The notes: a model not told the origin generated them from the sequence alone. Shown: positions 35,677-48,260, counted from the first letter of the whole stretch. The stretch is 63,221 bases of DNA, filler included, from Olpidium bornovanus S191 (GCA_017911155.1; 23 parts of 23 records of this genome joined end to end with filler, not necessarily neighbours in it), one strand, 5' to 3'. A program made the numbers and translations.

Positions 35677-36625
35677 CCAGATCTATAGCCTGAGAAAACC
35701 AGGAAGATGAGCAGCAACGATCTCCCTCGTGTGCGTGTTCCTCCGAACGTCACGCCCGACATAACAGAGTATTTTACCAAGCTCGCCAATCGTCAAATGG
35801 AGGCCCTACGCGCCAAAATGACGGCGCAACTTCAAGCGCTGCAAGCGCATAATCACCAAAACCACATCCCTGTCGCCAATTCAGCCGACAGAAAGAAGCC
35901 GTCAGAACAAGAGCGCACCGTCGCCAAATTGCTGCGGTCTGCCATGAAAAACTTCACGGGCAAGGACCGGCGGCCCCATATCCTGCACTCCTCTCTGAGC
36001 AAATTCGAGAAGTATGCGGACCTCATGCGCTTGCCAAGGGCCGGAAAAAGGCATCGCCTTCAGCGCCATGCTAGAAAATGACGCCATTATCTGGTACGAA
36101 TTGCTTAATCAAGTATACGAATGGAATGAATTCCGCGATGAATTCCTCCCCCGCTTCCGGGACCCGCAAGCGGAAGAAAACACGCGTGCTCAACTTCACA
36201 AGCTAGAGCAAAAGGCTTCCGCGAAGAAGTACACAGAAGAATTTAAACGCCTCGCAGCGTGTGTTTCAGACTTGACGGAGGCCGACCGCCTGCAAACCTA
36301 CAAACGTGGTCTAAAAGCCACATTGCGCCACGATCTCGCCATAATGAAGGTTGCCACCTCCGATGACGCTGTCCGCGAAGCGGATGAACTCGACGATCGC
36401 ATTTCAAGAGCGGAAACGCGCCGAAGGAAAAACGGAAAAGGTGCGGCGTGTCAAAGAAAAGCTCCGGGACCGCAAAAAACAGACTGGCAACACAAGGCTG
36501 GCCCTGGACCGCGAGAAGCCAAATTCGGTCGCCAAAGCCGTGGAAAGACAGGAATTACGTGCCAAAGGCGCTTGTTTTTACTGCAAGCAACTTGGGCACA
36601 TCGCCATAGCGTGCCCCAACAAAGC

Positions 36626-36666
36626 AAAAAACTAGAAGGCGGCGCACCCACCGGCAACGCGTCGCC
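36626..36666 (+). other. -1 programmed ribosomal frameshift signal at the gag-pol junction
   Basis: Slippery heptamer A AAA AAC (36626-36632) in the gag frame, directly before the gag TAG. A 5-nt spacer leads to the stem GGCGGCGC (36638-45)/GCGTCGCC (36659-66). Pol (KKLEGGAPTG) is in the -1 frame. Confidence 0.85.
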
Positions 36667-38282
36667 CTCTTACGGACCGGGCAAGGTGCTAAAAGCGGAC
36701 AAGAAATATGATTCCTTCGATATCCGCATCGCCTTGAACGGACAAACGGTGCTGGCCACCATTGACAGCGGATGCACGGGAGCCCTCGTCTCCGACACAT
36801 TCGCCACCGCAGCCGGATGGAAAACAGCGACAGGAGCACAGACATACCTAGAATTTGTCAGCGGCAGAGTCGCCTCCTCTGATAAATACGTCCAGGTCGA
36901 CGCAACCATCGGCAACACCGTCCAACCGCTCAGGCTCTTGGTCGCTCCAATCTCCACAGATGTCCTCCTCGGTCTGGGGTGGCTTCAAAAACACAATCCA
37001 ATCATCGACTGGAAGCGCGGGACGCTCTCCCTCGGAAGCCACCAGCTGCGCGTGGAAAAAGCGCGGAAGAACAGCTTCAATATCCGTATTGTCAACACAA
37101 CCAACCGAACCTCCAGAATTGTCGAATCCGTTAGCGAACGACGCCTGTTTAAGGATGCGCGAAAAGGGCTGTGCTTCCGCGTCACCAGCAGGTCAGAGAT
37201 GGTCCCGAAAACTCCAGAAAAGGACCAAGATCACCCGTTTAAGGACATCCTTTCCCGGTTTGCGGATGTAATGCCCGAGACTCTCCGACCTGTCGGGACG
37301 CTCCGATGCCGCACCCAGGGAATCGAACACGAAATCCGTCTTACGCCTGAGCATAAACCACATTCGCAGCCCATCTACCACCTTAGCGTAGTGGAACTGG
37401 AAGAATTACGACGTCAGCTGCAGGAACTCCAAGCTGCCGGGCATATCCTCCCGTCACGCTCGCCTTGGGGGGCTCCAGTTCTCTTTGTCAAGAAAATGGG
37501 CTCCGAAAAGCTCCGGATGTGCGTGGATTTCCGCCGACTAAACAGCATGACGATTAAAGATGCGACTCCCCTCGTGCTTCCTGAGGAAATGCGGCATCGG
37601 CTGGCCGGGGCGCGCTTTTTCTCCACCCTAAACCTCACACAAGGCTACTATCAGATCCCGGTCGCCCTCAAAGACATCGAAAAAACAGCCTTTCGGACTC
37701 GCGACAGTCATTTTGAATGGACCGTCATGCCATTCGGCCTTTGCAACGCACCAGCCACGTTCACAAGGTGGATGAATGCCGTCTTGGGCGACCTGATGGA
37801 TATGTGCGTCGTCGCCTACATGGACGACATCTTGATCTACTCCGAAACCAAGCAAGATCACAGGAATCATCTCGAACAAGTTCTCCAGCTTTTCCGCAAA
37901 CACCAAGTCTACATAAACTAGCCAAATCCACGTTCGGCAAGACGAGCGTCGAATTCCTTGGTCATATCTTTGACGAAACCGGGATCCGCATCAAAGAGGA
38001 TTACAAGCTTGTAATCCTGGAATGGCCGAGGTTGCAAAATAAGGCGGATTTGGATCAATTTCTTGGATTAGTAAACTATTTCAAGAACTGGATCAACAAC
38101 TACGCTGCAATTTGCGCGCCGCTGAACGCGTTACGCAAAAAAGACGCCCCTTGGACATGAACAGCAGAACACGAAGAAGCTGTAAAAATACTCAAACAAG
38201 CGCTTGTGACGTCCCCCGTGCTACATTACTTTGACCCGACATTAGCGACCATCATCCATAGCGACAGCTCCGCATATGCCGT

Positions 38283-38666
38283 TGTCCGGGTTGAATTACG
38301 TGACAGTCTTGTTTAGCTTTGGCCATGTTTAGCTTTCCCCGCTTGCCACCGCCACTCTTAGTTTCCCCCGCTTCTCACCGCCACCCTACCCCGGTAGTTT
38401 GCTACGGTCTTGTGTGAATAAAAAGAGACGAGACGAAAGCTCCCTGTGCAGCACACCACATATCTGGTAGCAACGCCTAGCCTCCTGTTCAGCAACAGCA
38501 CGTCCGGGGTCCGCAACTCGAAGGACTGCCTGCCACCGCGTGAGACGCCGCCGCGGGAGAGAAGGGTTGGTCCGCCGAGACGTTGAGCCCAGGAGTGAGG
38601 TTGACCCGGTGGAGCCGCGCGGGAGGGAAGAGTTCGGTTTCGCTCAGCCACCGCTTGCGCGAAGAG
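38283..38666 (+). mobile_element. Second LTR retrotransposon (5' LTR 38283-38460, PBS 38465-38477, leader) nested in the RNase H of the gypsy element
   Basis: The RNase H frame stops at DSSAYAV. The sequence that follows starts TGT, contains AATAAA, ends ACA (178 bp), and is followed after 4 nt by the same TGGTAGCAACGCC PBS. This LTR does not resemble the host element's LTR. Confidence 0.85.
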
Positions 38667-39536
38667 NNNNNNNNNNNNNNNNNNNNNNNNNNNNNNNNNN
38701 NNNNNNNNNNTTAATTAATTAANNNNNNNNNNNNNNNNNNNNNNNNNNNNNNNNNNNNNNNNNNNNCATGGATCAGCTGCTCAGGATGTTGCGGCCCTCA
38801 AGTTTGGCCAGTCACCTCCTCATTCGCCCCTCGCCGCTTCCCGTTTGGTTTCCGTCGCCTCCAGAAAGCGTACAGTTTCCCAAGCAGGGTTAAAAAACAC
38901 AGGCAGCCAATTTTGCTTTTTCTTTTTCTTTCTTTTTAATGTTTTCTCTTGCTCTCCTGTTCCCGCCCCGGGGCTCCCCCAATTACAGTCGGGAAGAGCG
39001 GGCCTCGCGGCCCCTTTTACTTCAACCTGCCGAGAGATTTTTATAAAAAAAAAAAAAAAAAACAAAAGAGAAACCAAAAAAGCACTGGAAACTGGTCGGA
39101 TTGGGCGGGCCGGAGATGGGAGAGAGTGGGGTGGGAGGGACGCGGGGGAAAAAAAACAAAAAAAAAACCAAAAAAAAAAAAAAAAAAACCGAGGCCGCCG
39201 ACTTTTACCACGGGCGGGCGCCCTCCGCAGCGCGCGCAGATTCCGATCTGGGTAAGTACGTTCGGTCTGAATCTTTTTCGTTCTCGAAAAGGTCGGCGCG
39301 CGCGCAAAGTGCAGGGTGGGGAAAGGGGGGAGGAGGGGGCCGGAGCGGGGCGCGCGCCGGCGGCGGCGGACCGGGCGCGGGGTCTCTCCCGAGAAATCGC
39401 ATTTTCCTTCGTCCCGGGCGCGGCCCTCCCTCCCCCCCCACCTTTTTTTCTTACATTCTTTTCTAAGAGAAAAAAAAACCCCCATCCCCGAGCTTGTTCG
39501 CCCTCCCCCCCTCCACACGCGCGGGCGCGTCATCGA

Positions 39537-40616
39537 TCACCCCCTCCACCTCTCGCACTGGACTCTCTCCAGGAAGGCGTCCGCCCCGCCGCCGGCCAAA
39601 CCCAGCGTGATCCTGTCCGCGGCGTAGTTCAGGACCAGGCGGGCCTGGCGGTCCGTCAGAAGCCGGCACGGCGGGCGGTGCCCGCGGGGGTCGAGGAGCG
39701 CCGTCGCCGCCGCCCCGCCGCCCCGCGGAGGCGCGTCCGCGCCGGCGCACGCCGCCCAGAGAAGGATCCGCTCGCGGATCTCCCGCGGGAACGAAGAAAA
39801 GTCGAGGAGGGCCGGCGACCGTCGCCGCCCGCCGGGGTCGCCGCCTCCGGACGCGGAGGAGGCGGAGGAGCCCGGGGGCCCCTCCCCCGAGAGCGGAGGA
39901 AGGGGGTCAGGGGGAGCGGGCGGTCGGCCGAGCGGCGGAGCGACCGCCTCCGGCGCGGCGGCGGCGGCGGCGACGCCGGCGGTTTTTTTCCGCGGTTCGC
40001 GCGGACTCTCCAGGAGGGTCGCCCGCCCCAGCGCGAGCAGCCGGAAAGCCTCGGCCCCGACGAGTTTCGCGAGGCGCTCGTTGCGCGCGAGGAGAGCGTC
40101 GGCCGCGGCCCGGACGTTTTCGTACGGGAAGTCGTTGCCGTACAGCTCGAGGGTCCTCAGCGTCAGGTTTTGTTCGAGGGCCCACAGCAGCGCGGAAGCG
40201 CCCTTTTCGATCGGGAAACGGGACGAGGGCGGAGGGTGGTTGGATGTTTGGGTTGGGCGGAGGGGTGGGCCAGAGAGAGAGAGTGAGAAAGAAACGGAGA
40301 GAGGTTTTCGGAAGGTCCGCGTTACAGGAACTTTTATTATTATTGTTTTGTTTTCTTTTACGCCTTTTTCCAAAAAAAAAAAAAAACGGAGCGTGCGGCT
40401 CCGCGAAGGCGGAACGGATCAACAATTCGCAAAGAATGAGAAGGGGAACGAGATGGACAGAGAAAGAGAGAGAGACCAAGAAAGAGAGAGAGAGATCTGT
40501 TCCTCGGACTCACGTCTTGGGCGATGTTGTTGCCGTTCAGCGCGACTGTCCTCAGGTTGCTCCTGCCCGTGCGGAGCAACGTCGCGGCTGCCACGGCGCC
40601 CGGCGTGCCGACCATG
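39537..40616 (-). CDS. RNI-like leucine-rich-repeat protein, C-terminal part (5'-partial)
   Basis: LRTVALNGNNI, GASALLWALEQNLTLRTLELYGN, then LDFSSFPREIRERIL...LLTDRQARLVLNYAADRITL...FLERVQCERW, a C-terminal pattern I recall from fungal RNI-like proteins. Confidence 0.75.
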
Positions 40617-42794
40617 NNNNNNNNNNNNNNNNNNNNNNNNNNNNNNNNNNNNNNNNNNNNTTAATTAATTAANNNNNNNNNNNNNNNNNNNNNNNNNNNN
40701 NNNNNNNNNNNNNNNNGAGAATTGGGAAAAAGGCAAAGGTGAGCGAAACCTTTCGCAAACCTGAACGGAAGGGCCAGGAGCTGCCACACAAAGCCCGGAG
40801 TTACGCAGGAAAGTTTTTCGCGGCGCGCGGCGTGAGCGCGGGTTTCCGCTCGCCCGTCCGCACGCCAGAGGGCATCCACACACGAGTTCTTCCAGCTGCG
40901 CCCACGTGGACCCGACGTCGTACGGCATGCTTTTTTTTTTTTCCTTCTTTGTTTTCTATCTTCGCTCTTTGTCTCGTTCTTTATCGCGGCCGCCTCGGGC
41001 GTGGGCGCGAACGTTTTCCCTTCCTAGAGGAGGGGGGAGGATGTGAAAGCGGCGAGCTCCGCCAAACCGTCGAAGCCGGCCGTGGTACTCGACGGGGGCG
41101 GGCGACGGCTGAAAATGGGACACGACAGCGCGGTCGCCGGGGCGCTTTCCGCGAGAAACGCGGATTGGGGGTGGGGCCAGAGGGGAGGGAAAGACTACAA
41201 CGCGGGGAGGGCGAAACCAACGGCCCTCCGGCCTCACACCCTCACTTCCCCGCATGCATGCATGTTTGGCACTACGCTCCACGCAGACTGAAGCGTAGAC
41301 CTCTGCCCTTATCGGTGATGACGGCTAACTCCTTTGTGGCAGCGTCCGGATGTACGGCATCAGGCAGCGACCTCCCAGCCCCGAAGCGCCGTTTTTTTGC
41401 GCCAACCGGCTGTGGAGACAGGCCAAGTGTCGAAAGCGCAGAGGTGGCCTCGTGCTGGAGAGAGAAACGGTGGAGGAAAAGGACACCGGCGGAAAAAAAA
41501 CCCCCCGCTTTGCCCTGGAATTCGACTACTGCTAGCTTGTGCAGGGCATGAATCTAACCGGATTGCCAATAAGTGCCTGTGGCTGGCCTCCCGTCAAGGG
41601 ACCTGCTAGTTGGACCAAGACGAGGCTGCGGCTTACCTCGTGGCGTAAAGTAACCACTTGGCAGTCGTCATTTGTTTGTGCTGTTGCACACCTCGGCGTC
41701 ATACTGCTCCCGCTTTGATGTTCCCTCTTCCGTTTATAGCCCAAGACTATGGTGCAAGTCAACTCAAGGGGCATGGTTTGATTTTTGTTTGGAATATTAA
41801 TTGATTCCGTGCGTTTAACGATGGTGTGGCACGGCGTGGCATCCAGTGTCCAGGAAGGCCCCTTTGTTTGGTTGCGCATTCCAAGCGTGGGCACAGCCCG
41901 TGTCGGCATGCGTTGCATGCAAAGGTAAGCGGCACGCGTCCAAGATTCCCATGTGTGGAAACCAGTATTTAGAGCGGGCCACATCACAAAAGGGGCACTG
42001 CGGTGGGATGCACACCTGGGATGTCTATTCAACCGGGTAACGTGACCAGCTAGCTGCTATAAAATGAGTTTGTGTGCTTAATGCAAGTGCTCCTGCCAAT
42101 GCGCGGTTATCATCGAGCGCTAGTGTAAGACACCCGACACCTTATGGGGCAAAAACGCGTATGTAAATCTGGTTAGAGAGGAGTACCATCGACCAGCACG
42201 CAGACTAAAAAAAGAAAGATGCGTGTAAGCTCAGGACTCTGACAGCTGGCCACTGGAACAGAGGTCTCAAAGTTCACAGCATCATCCGGAAATTGTCAGA
42301 CGGTGTCCTTGCGGAACCTCTGCTGCGCGCTCAGATGACGAAGTGGGTATGCGCTGTACGCAGGCCTCCAGCAGCCGGTCCCTGGAGCCAATGGCCAAGC
42401 CCTCAAGCGTCATTATCCATCGCCCGTTTTGTAAAAGGCCCTGTGAAGAGAGAAAAACGACAGGTAGCTGCACCGTTTCTAATGCACTGCGTTCTTTGTA
42501 TCGCTCTTCCGGCGTGCTCAGGCTGATTTGGTCAACCTGCGTGACAGAGTGATGGGGCCATGTGCACCGGACGTGTTGTCGGCGGATGAGGTGGGACTGC
42601 AACGGTTGGCCGAACGTGCATTGTCTGGCCTAATAATTTGTCATTTCCTGTCATTTTGTGTGCGTGTGTCCTGTGCTTTCTGTTTCGGGTGCGGGTGCGG
42701 GCGAGAGGTTTGATCTGGGATCTTATAATCTTTTGTCTGCTTTAATTCCCCATTGTTTCTTTTGCCTTCATTTTGCGGTCTCGGTCTCAGGCCC

Positions 42795-43035
42795 GATTTT
42801 GGTCTGGACTTCCCTCCCAAATGGATTCTGGTTTTGGTCGAGACTTCTCTCCCAAATGGATTCTGGTTTTGGTCCAGACTTCTCTCTCCAATGGATTCTG
42901 GTTGACTTCTCTCCAAAATGGATTCTGGTTTTGGCCCGGACTTTTCTCCAAAACGGGTTCTGGTTTTGGCCCAAACCCCTCTCCAAAACGGATTCTAGTT
43001 TTGGCCCGGACTTCTCTCTCAAATGGATTCTGGTT
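42795..43035 (+). repeat. 35-bp-period minisatellite, about 7 degenerate units
   Basis: Consensus GATTCTGGTTTTGGYCNRGACTTCTCTCCAAAATG repeated head to tail, with one internally deleted unit and no spacers. Confidence 0.9.
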
Positions 43036-43859
43036 GCTTGTTGGGGCAGATTGGAGCTTTACTTGGAGACCGTGCGGCTTGCTATCCCCGAGTCAAGCAA
43101 GCCTAAAGGTGGCCAAGTGGGGACCCCCACAACAGAAAATGCGGATGCATCATCAGAAAAATGGAATCCTTTTAAAACCAAACAGAAGATAAATGCTTCT
43201 TGCTTCCGGAATCCTTTAACCAAAGCGAAAGTGGATGAACTTGTAAAAGAAGCCACCGACCGCTTTTTCAATCAACATGCCGGCAAGGTAGCCTCCCTTG
43301 TGTCAGATCTTTATCTATATAGAAAAGATTCGTTGAGATTTCCGCAAATGATCTGCCAATCTATGCCATGCAGCTTTCACTCCGAAGTAAGAGTGGATGC
43401 CAAATAGACTGCTTTTGCAAATGGATAGGGAGGAATGGTAGAATAGGCCAAATATGTTTCTCTTGAAAGGCGAAGAGGCCACCAATTCTTGAACGGTATG
43501 TTGCAGCCGATGCGTGCTGGTACGAAGAGTTTGCCTGTGTAGACCGTTCGCCAATTGAATGTGTCCCCATGCCACCATCATTAAAAGAAGGCCAAAAGTG
43601 CTCCATTGCGAGATGTTTTTACTTCGTTCTCAGCCGTCCGACCGCCGACCGTTTTATAACTTTGCGGGGAAGTGCGCGGGGGCAGTGCAGCGGTTTCCCC
43701 AAAGTTTTATGGGAATCGGTGCGGTGGGTCCCGAGAAATCGGGGTTCGAAGTTTGGCAAAAAAAGTGGGGAGGGTGTGCTCAGAGTCTCCCGTAACACGT
43801 TTGGGGCCTCCCCCCTGTTGCTATGGCAATGGTGAGCTGGGGGTATTCCACGTAAAGTT

Positions 43860-45379
43860 AAAAATGACCCAAAAGGCGCAGAACGGCGCAGAACAAACAC
43901 AGAGACGCGCAGAAGAGCCAGAGGAGGGCAGGGAGAGGGTAAGGAAAGGCGACAAAGAGATACAGAGGAAGAATACTCATCCCGAGCTTCGACCAAATAC
44001 GCACCGCAACAGAGGCAACGCCAGAGGCAACCAGGGTCACAACAACCGACCCGTTGCCCGCGTTGCCCAGCACAATGTCAACAATGAGAACGAGGCCGTG
44101 GGAACACGGCATTGTTCATGCTGAGCGGGCCCTGGTTGCCAAGGAGTTTGATAGTACCTGTTCCGAGGCAAGGCGTTTTCGTGTCTGTGGCCGAGCGGAT
44201 GTTTTTTTTCGGCATTCGCCGAAATCAACGATGTCACCGATGACATCACCGACAACACCTCTCCCCCACTAAAATCCTCAACGGTCCACGAGTGCGCCGG
44301 GGTACCTCCACGGTCAGATGCAGGGGAGCATCAAATTGACCACGGAGCCCGGCCGCATCCTGAGGCGAGTGTTGTCTGTGTCATTTCGGAATGTGAGATC
44401 AGGGATTCCTTGATGAAATCAGTGATACCTCCTTCTCCGATGTCCTATGATGTCACATCTGCAATTACGGCCCTTGCGGAATTCGATTTGAATCCAATTG
44501 CCAACCGCCCCACGATGCCAGACCGGTCCATCCTTGTCGATTCGGGCGCGAGCCACCATATGTCACCGGATAGATCGATGTTCTCGACCTTCGACGACAA
44601 GAAAGGTCCGAACATTCGATCCGCCACGGATCCGGAGACCCCTTGCTTGGGGACCGGGTCGATCCCGCTGATCGACAGCCACGGAGATCCGCTGCGGCTC
44701 GACAGTGCGCTTTACGTCCCAGGGATCAACAAAGCGCTCCTCTCGGTGACGCAGGCCGTCGACCGCGGCGCAACCGTGGTCTTCCGCCCTACAAAGCAAG
44801 GAAGGATCTGTGAGATCCGCCGCGACGGTCTGGTCGTCGCGCGCGCCCACCGTCATACGGACGGAGGCTTCTATCTTGATGCAAAGTCGGTACAATCATT
44901 GACCGATGCGGCTCGGCCCGAATCGTCGGATTCATCCGCTTCGGCTCACCACGCCACAGCTGTTTTTTTTGGTATGGCACGATCGCCTCTGTCATCTTCA
45001 TGCGGACGCGACCCGACAAACCTCTCGGCTCGTCGACGGGATGCCGGACAAGCTCGAGAAGGGTCCGGACCAGCTCTGTCCTGGCTGCATGATTGGCAAG
45101 CAGCATGCGCAGCCTTCGCACCGGTCAACGACCGAGTACAGTGAAGTTTTGCTGGTGCACACGGATGCAGCTGGACAGATCGGATACCTCTCGTTAGGAT
45201 CGAATAAATACACGATCACCATCATTGAGCATACCTCCAGGTACGCAAAGGTATATTTCACTGTCACCCTCGGTCAGGAGATCATCAATCACGTCTCCGA
45301 TGATTATCTCTCCTGGATTGAGCGCTTTACGGGCCGAAAGGTCCGCATCGTCCGCTGCGATCGTGGTTCTGACTACATG
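43860..45379 (+). mobile_element. Ty1/copia retrotransposon fragment: decayed gag, protease, GAG-pre-integrase and N-half of integrase core
   Basis: ILVDSGASHHMSPDRSMF...LYVPGINKALLSV (copia PR), WHDRLCHL...CPGCMIGKQ (HHCC), LVHTDAAG...KYTITIIEHTSRY...VRCDRGSDY (rve), in PR-IN order. Frameshift at the T8 run near 44964. Homology ends abruptly at 45379. Confidence 0.93.
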
Positions 45380-45686
45380 TTGAACCTATGGTGGTGCCAC
45401 TCCGCGAGACACCAAGTTCCCATGGCGAGCCATAGATAGAGATAGACGAACGACCTTACGGGCCATTGTATTAGCCAGTGAGCTAGCGTCATGCAGTAGT
45501 AGGGTGGACCTAGTGGGTCCCTCGGGGCTGTGTTGGCCCCGGGGCGGTGACCTCCGGGGCTGTGTTGGCCTCGGGGGTGGTAAATAACCTATGGTCCGGG
45601 TGGGACCCCGGCTCCGCCCGGATTCCGCCCAGGTTCCACACACCCCCCCCCAACACGTGGTGGAGAACGGGTTCTTTCCCCGAGCG

Positions 45687-45763
45687 CCATCCCCATCCCG
45701 CGGCGGAGAGCGATCCCCGCGGGCACCATCCCGCCATCCCCATCCCGCGGCGGAGAGCGATCC
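45687..45763 (+). repeat. 30-bp direct repeat at contig end
   Basis: CCATCCCCATCCCGCGGCGGAGAGCGATCC occurs at about 45687 and 45734. Confidence 0.8.
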
Positions 45764-45879
45764 NNNNNNNNNNNNNNNNNNNNNNNNNNNNNNNNNNNNN
45801 NNNNNNNTTAATTAATTAANNNNNNNNNNNNNNNNNNNNNNNNNNNNNNNNNNNNNNNNNNNNCCACCCCCCCGCACAG

Positions 45880-45911
<32 letters not shown>

Positions 45912-46084
45912 AAAAGAAAACAAAAGGGGGGAGTAATTTGTTTAATGCCTCGTATATCATATTCGCTTCTCCCCATACAGAAATCGCAGTGCGGGGATCA
46001 CATCTCCTTATCGTTCACACCCTTCCTCCACCCCCTTTCCCCTTTTTGGCGCTCCCCCCTCCCCCAAAACATTTAATCGTTCAC

Positions 46085-46122
<38 letters not shown>

Positions 46123-46817
46123 CCCGCCCCCCCCCCCCTCCCCCCCCCCCCCCCCCCTCTGCGGCCGCCGAGCTCGCTCTTCTCAGTCGGCGGCCCGTTG
46201 GCCTGCGGCGCCGACGTGCGTTTGTATGGCGTGAAGTGTAAAAACGTTCACACCATATGTGAAGCATATAATATTTTGTTTTGTAAAAAAAAAGACGAAT
46301 AAAATGCCAGCGGCGAGCGTGCCGTGTCCTCCTCGCACTCCACCCCGTGTTCTCCACCCCAGAAATTTATTCCGGTCCCGTTTGTAATTCAAATGATTCC
46401 TCAGCAAAAACAAAAAAAAAGGCAGGCGGTTGGCGGCCAACTTGACGGCTGTCGGCTGGTAGCCGCGTTTGGTGCAGTCTCGTTGCTCACACGCTGAGTG
46501 ATTTTGATATGGGAGGGGGGGGGTGGTGTCCACGTAGCGAAAGGGGGGCGGGTGTCCGCGTGGTTGTGCCCAAAAATCCCTTACCCCCCCCCCCCACACA
46601 CACACACACAATCTCCGCTGCCCGCTGCCCCGCCGTGGTGGGGTGTGCTCGTCGCTCTCTCTCACGCTCTCGCGCTCGCTCTGTTTCCGCATCACCAAAA
46701 AATCCGCCCCGTTCTCGGCTCGGGAATTGCGCAGGGGGTTTTCCCCGCTTTTTTCCTTCCTTTTTGTGCCTGGCGGGCAGTGAGTGAAACACAATATATT
46801 ATATAACGGGTATATGA

Positions 46818-48260
46818 TCAAGGTAGTCGGCGGTTGGCGATGATGCCTCGGGGGCGGGCACTTGGGCTCGCGCCCGACGAGACGGCGAGCCCGGGGAGCA
46901 ACGGGCGGGCAAACTTCTGTTTCTTGTTCGAACCGTCCGGGGAGTCCTCCCGCTTCTTCTTGAGGCCGCCGCCGCCGCCGCCGCCGCCGGGCGGGCAGAC
47001 CTTGCGGCTCGGCGGCGGCGGCGGCGGCGGCGGCGGCATCTCCTGCTGCTGCTGCTGCTGCTTTTCCGCCGCAGACCTCGAAAACGCCTTTCCCGACCTC
47101 GCGGACAATTTGCGCTTCTTGCTCGCTCCTCCCGGCTGCGCGGGGTCGGGGCCGCCGCCCCAGCCGCTCGGCTTCGCGCGGTCCTTCTCTCTCTCGGAGC
47201 AAGCCTTCACGTCTTTGGCGTCGGCCTTCTCCGTTCCGACGAACTCGAGAAACTCCAGATCCGATTCGGAACCCTTTTTGGCCGTTGAGAATTATGTTAA
47301 ACGAAAAAAACCCGGCGGGAGGGAGGGGAAGGGGGGGGGGCGGACTCGGCCCCGAATCACTGATATCCCGAGGATGAGAAACTTACGTCGCTGAGAAGAG
47401 AATTCTTGTCGCTATCTTCCGACATGTACGCGTCGTTGCCCTCGGTTTTCCTTAGAATTTTCCTCAGGCGCTGAAGGGGGTAGACCCACGTCAGCCAGGT
47501 GGCCTAAAACAGGATCCCGCGTCAAAGCACGACATGGGTGGCGACCCCGTTGAACGTCCCTTCCCTTCTTTGTTCAACTTAGGACGAAGCCGCGCCCCGT
47601 CATCCACTTCCTCAAATCTGTCGGCAAGGTACTGGCGCTTCTCCCGTTGCTTGGAAACCGCGGGAACGGGGAGGCAAAAAAAAAAAAAAAAAAAAAAAGC
47701 GTCAGACGAACCCTCCCCTTCCCCCCCTCCCCCCTACCCTGCTTCCCCGGAAAAACCTTTCTCCGGATCCTCGCGTAGAAAGAGCGGGAAACACCAGATT
47801 GCAGAAAGAAAACAACGGACTACAAAAATTCCGGGGCCGACGTCCCGAATTTACGAACTCGGTCGGCCCTGGCATCGTCGTCCAACATCTCGGGAAAGGG
47901 ATCTCCTTCCTCGTCGTCCTCGAAGACCTCCTCGTAGTCGAGGGCGTCCACTTCGTCCTCCCGTTCTTGCGCGATCCGCAGCCGCTGCTGAGCTTCGCTG
48001 GCGGCCGCGCCGGCGGCGCGGGGCCGGGTCTTGTTCGCCCAGTAGTAGGCGCGCTCCTTTGCGCTCATCTTCGCGTCTTCCGGCGCCAGCTTCTCGGCGT
48101 CTTTGCGGCTCAGCATTTGCCTCATCTTCCGGTCGAGGGCCGCCTCATAATTCTTACGCTGCTCCTCCGCCTGCGTGGCCTTTTCCTCCGTCCAGCCCGG
48201 CGGCGCTTGGCGGAGGAAATTGTACCGCTTCGCGTTCGGGGTCACCTTGAATCCGTCGTC
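46818..48260 (-). CDS. TFG1: Transcription factor TFIIF alpha subunit (Tfg1/RAP74), 5'-partial, multi-exon
   Basis: DDGFKVTPNAKRYNF...DEVDALDYEEVFEDDEE...RLRKILRKTEGNDAYMSEDSD, matching the fungal Tfg1 motifs FKV.P...WY.F, DYEE.F.DDEE and K.LRK.E.N..Y.SD. The 3' end is uncertain. Confidence 0.72.

Larger units (their letters stand above)
35139..38282 (+). mobile_element. Ty3/gypsy LTR retrotransposon, degenerate: 5' LTR, PBS, gag, PR, RT and start of RNase H
   Basis: LTR end ...TTACA at 35663; PBS TGGTAGCAACGCC; gag with CFYCKQLGHIAIACP knuckle; protease ATIDSGCT; RT WGAPVLFVKK/LRMCVDFR/MPFGLCNAPATF/YMDDILIYS; RNase H IHSDSSAYAV. Frameshifts near 36050, 36410 and 37917, and a TGA at 38158-38160. 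Confidence 0.97.

Noticed and set aside
36014-37921. 635-aa ORF as an intact in-frame gag-pol of an active element
   Set aside because: The zinc knuckle is in another frame, there are indels near 36050, 36410 and 37917 plus a TGA at 38158, and RNase H is interrupted.
42795-43035. 35-bp repeats as a CRISPR array
   Set aside because: The units are head to tail with no unique spacers, there are no cas genes, and the context is eukaryotic.
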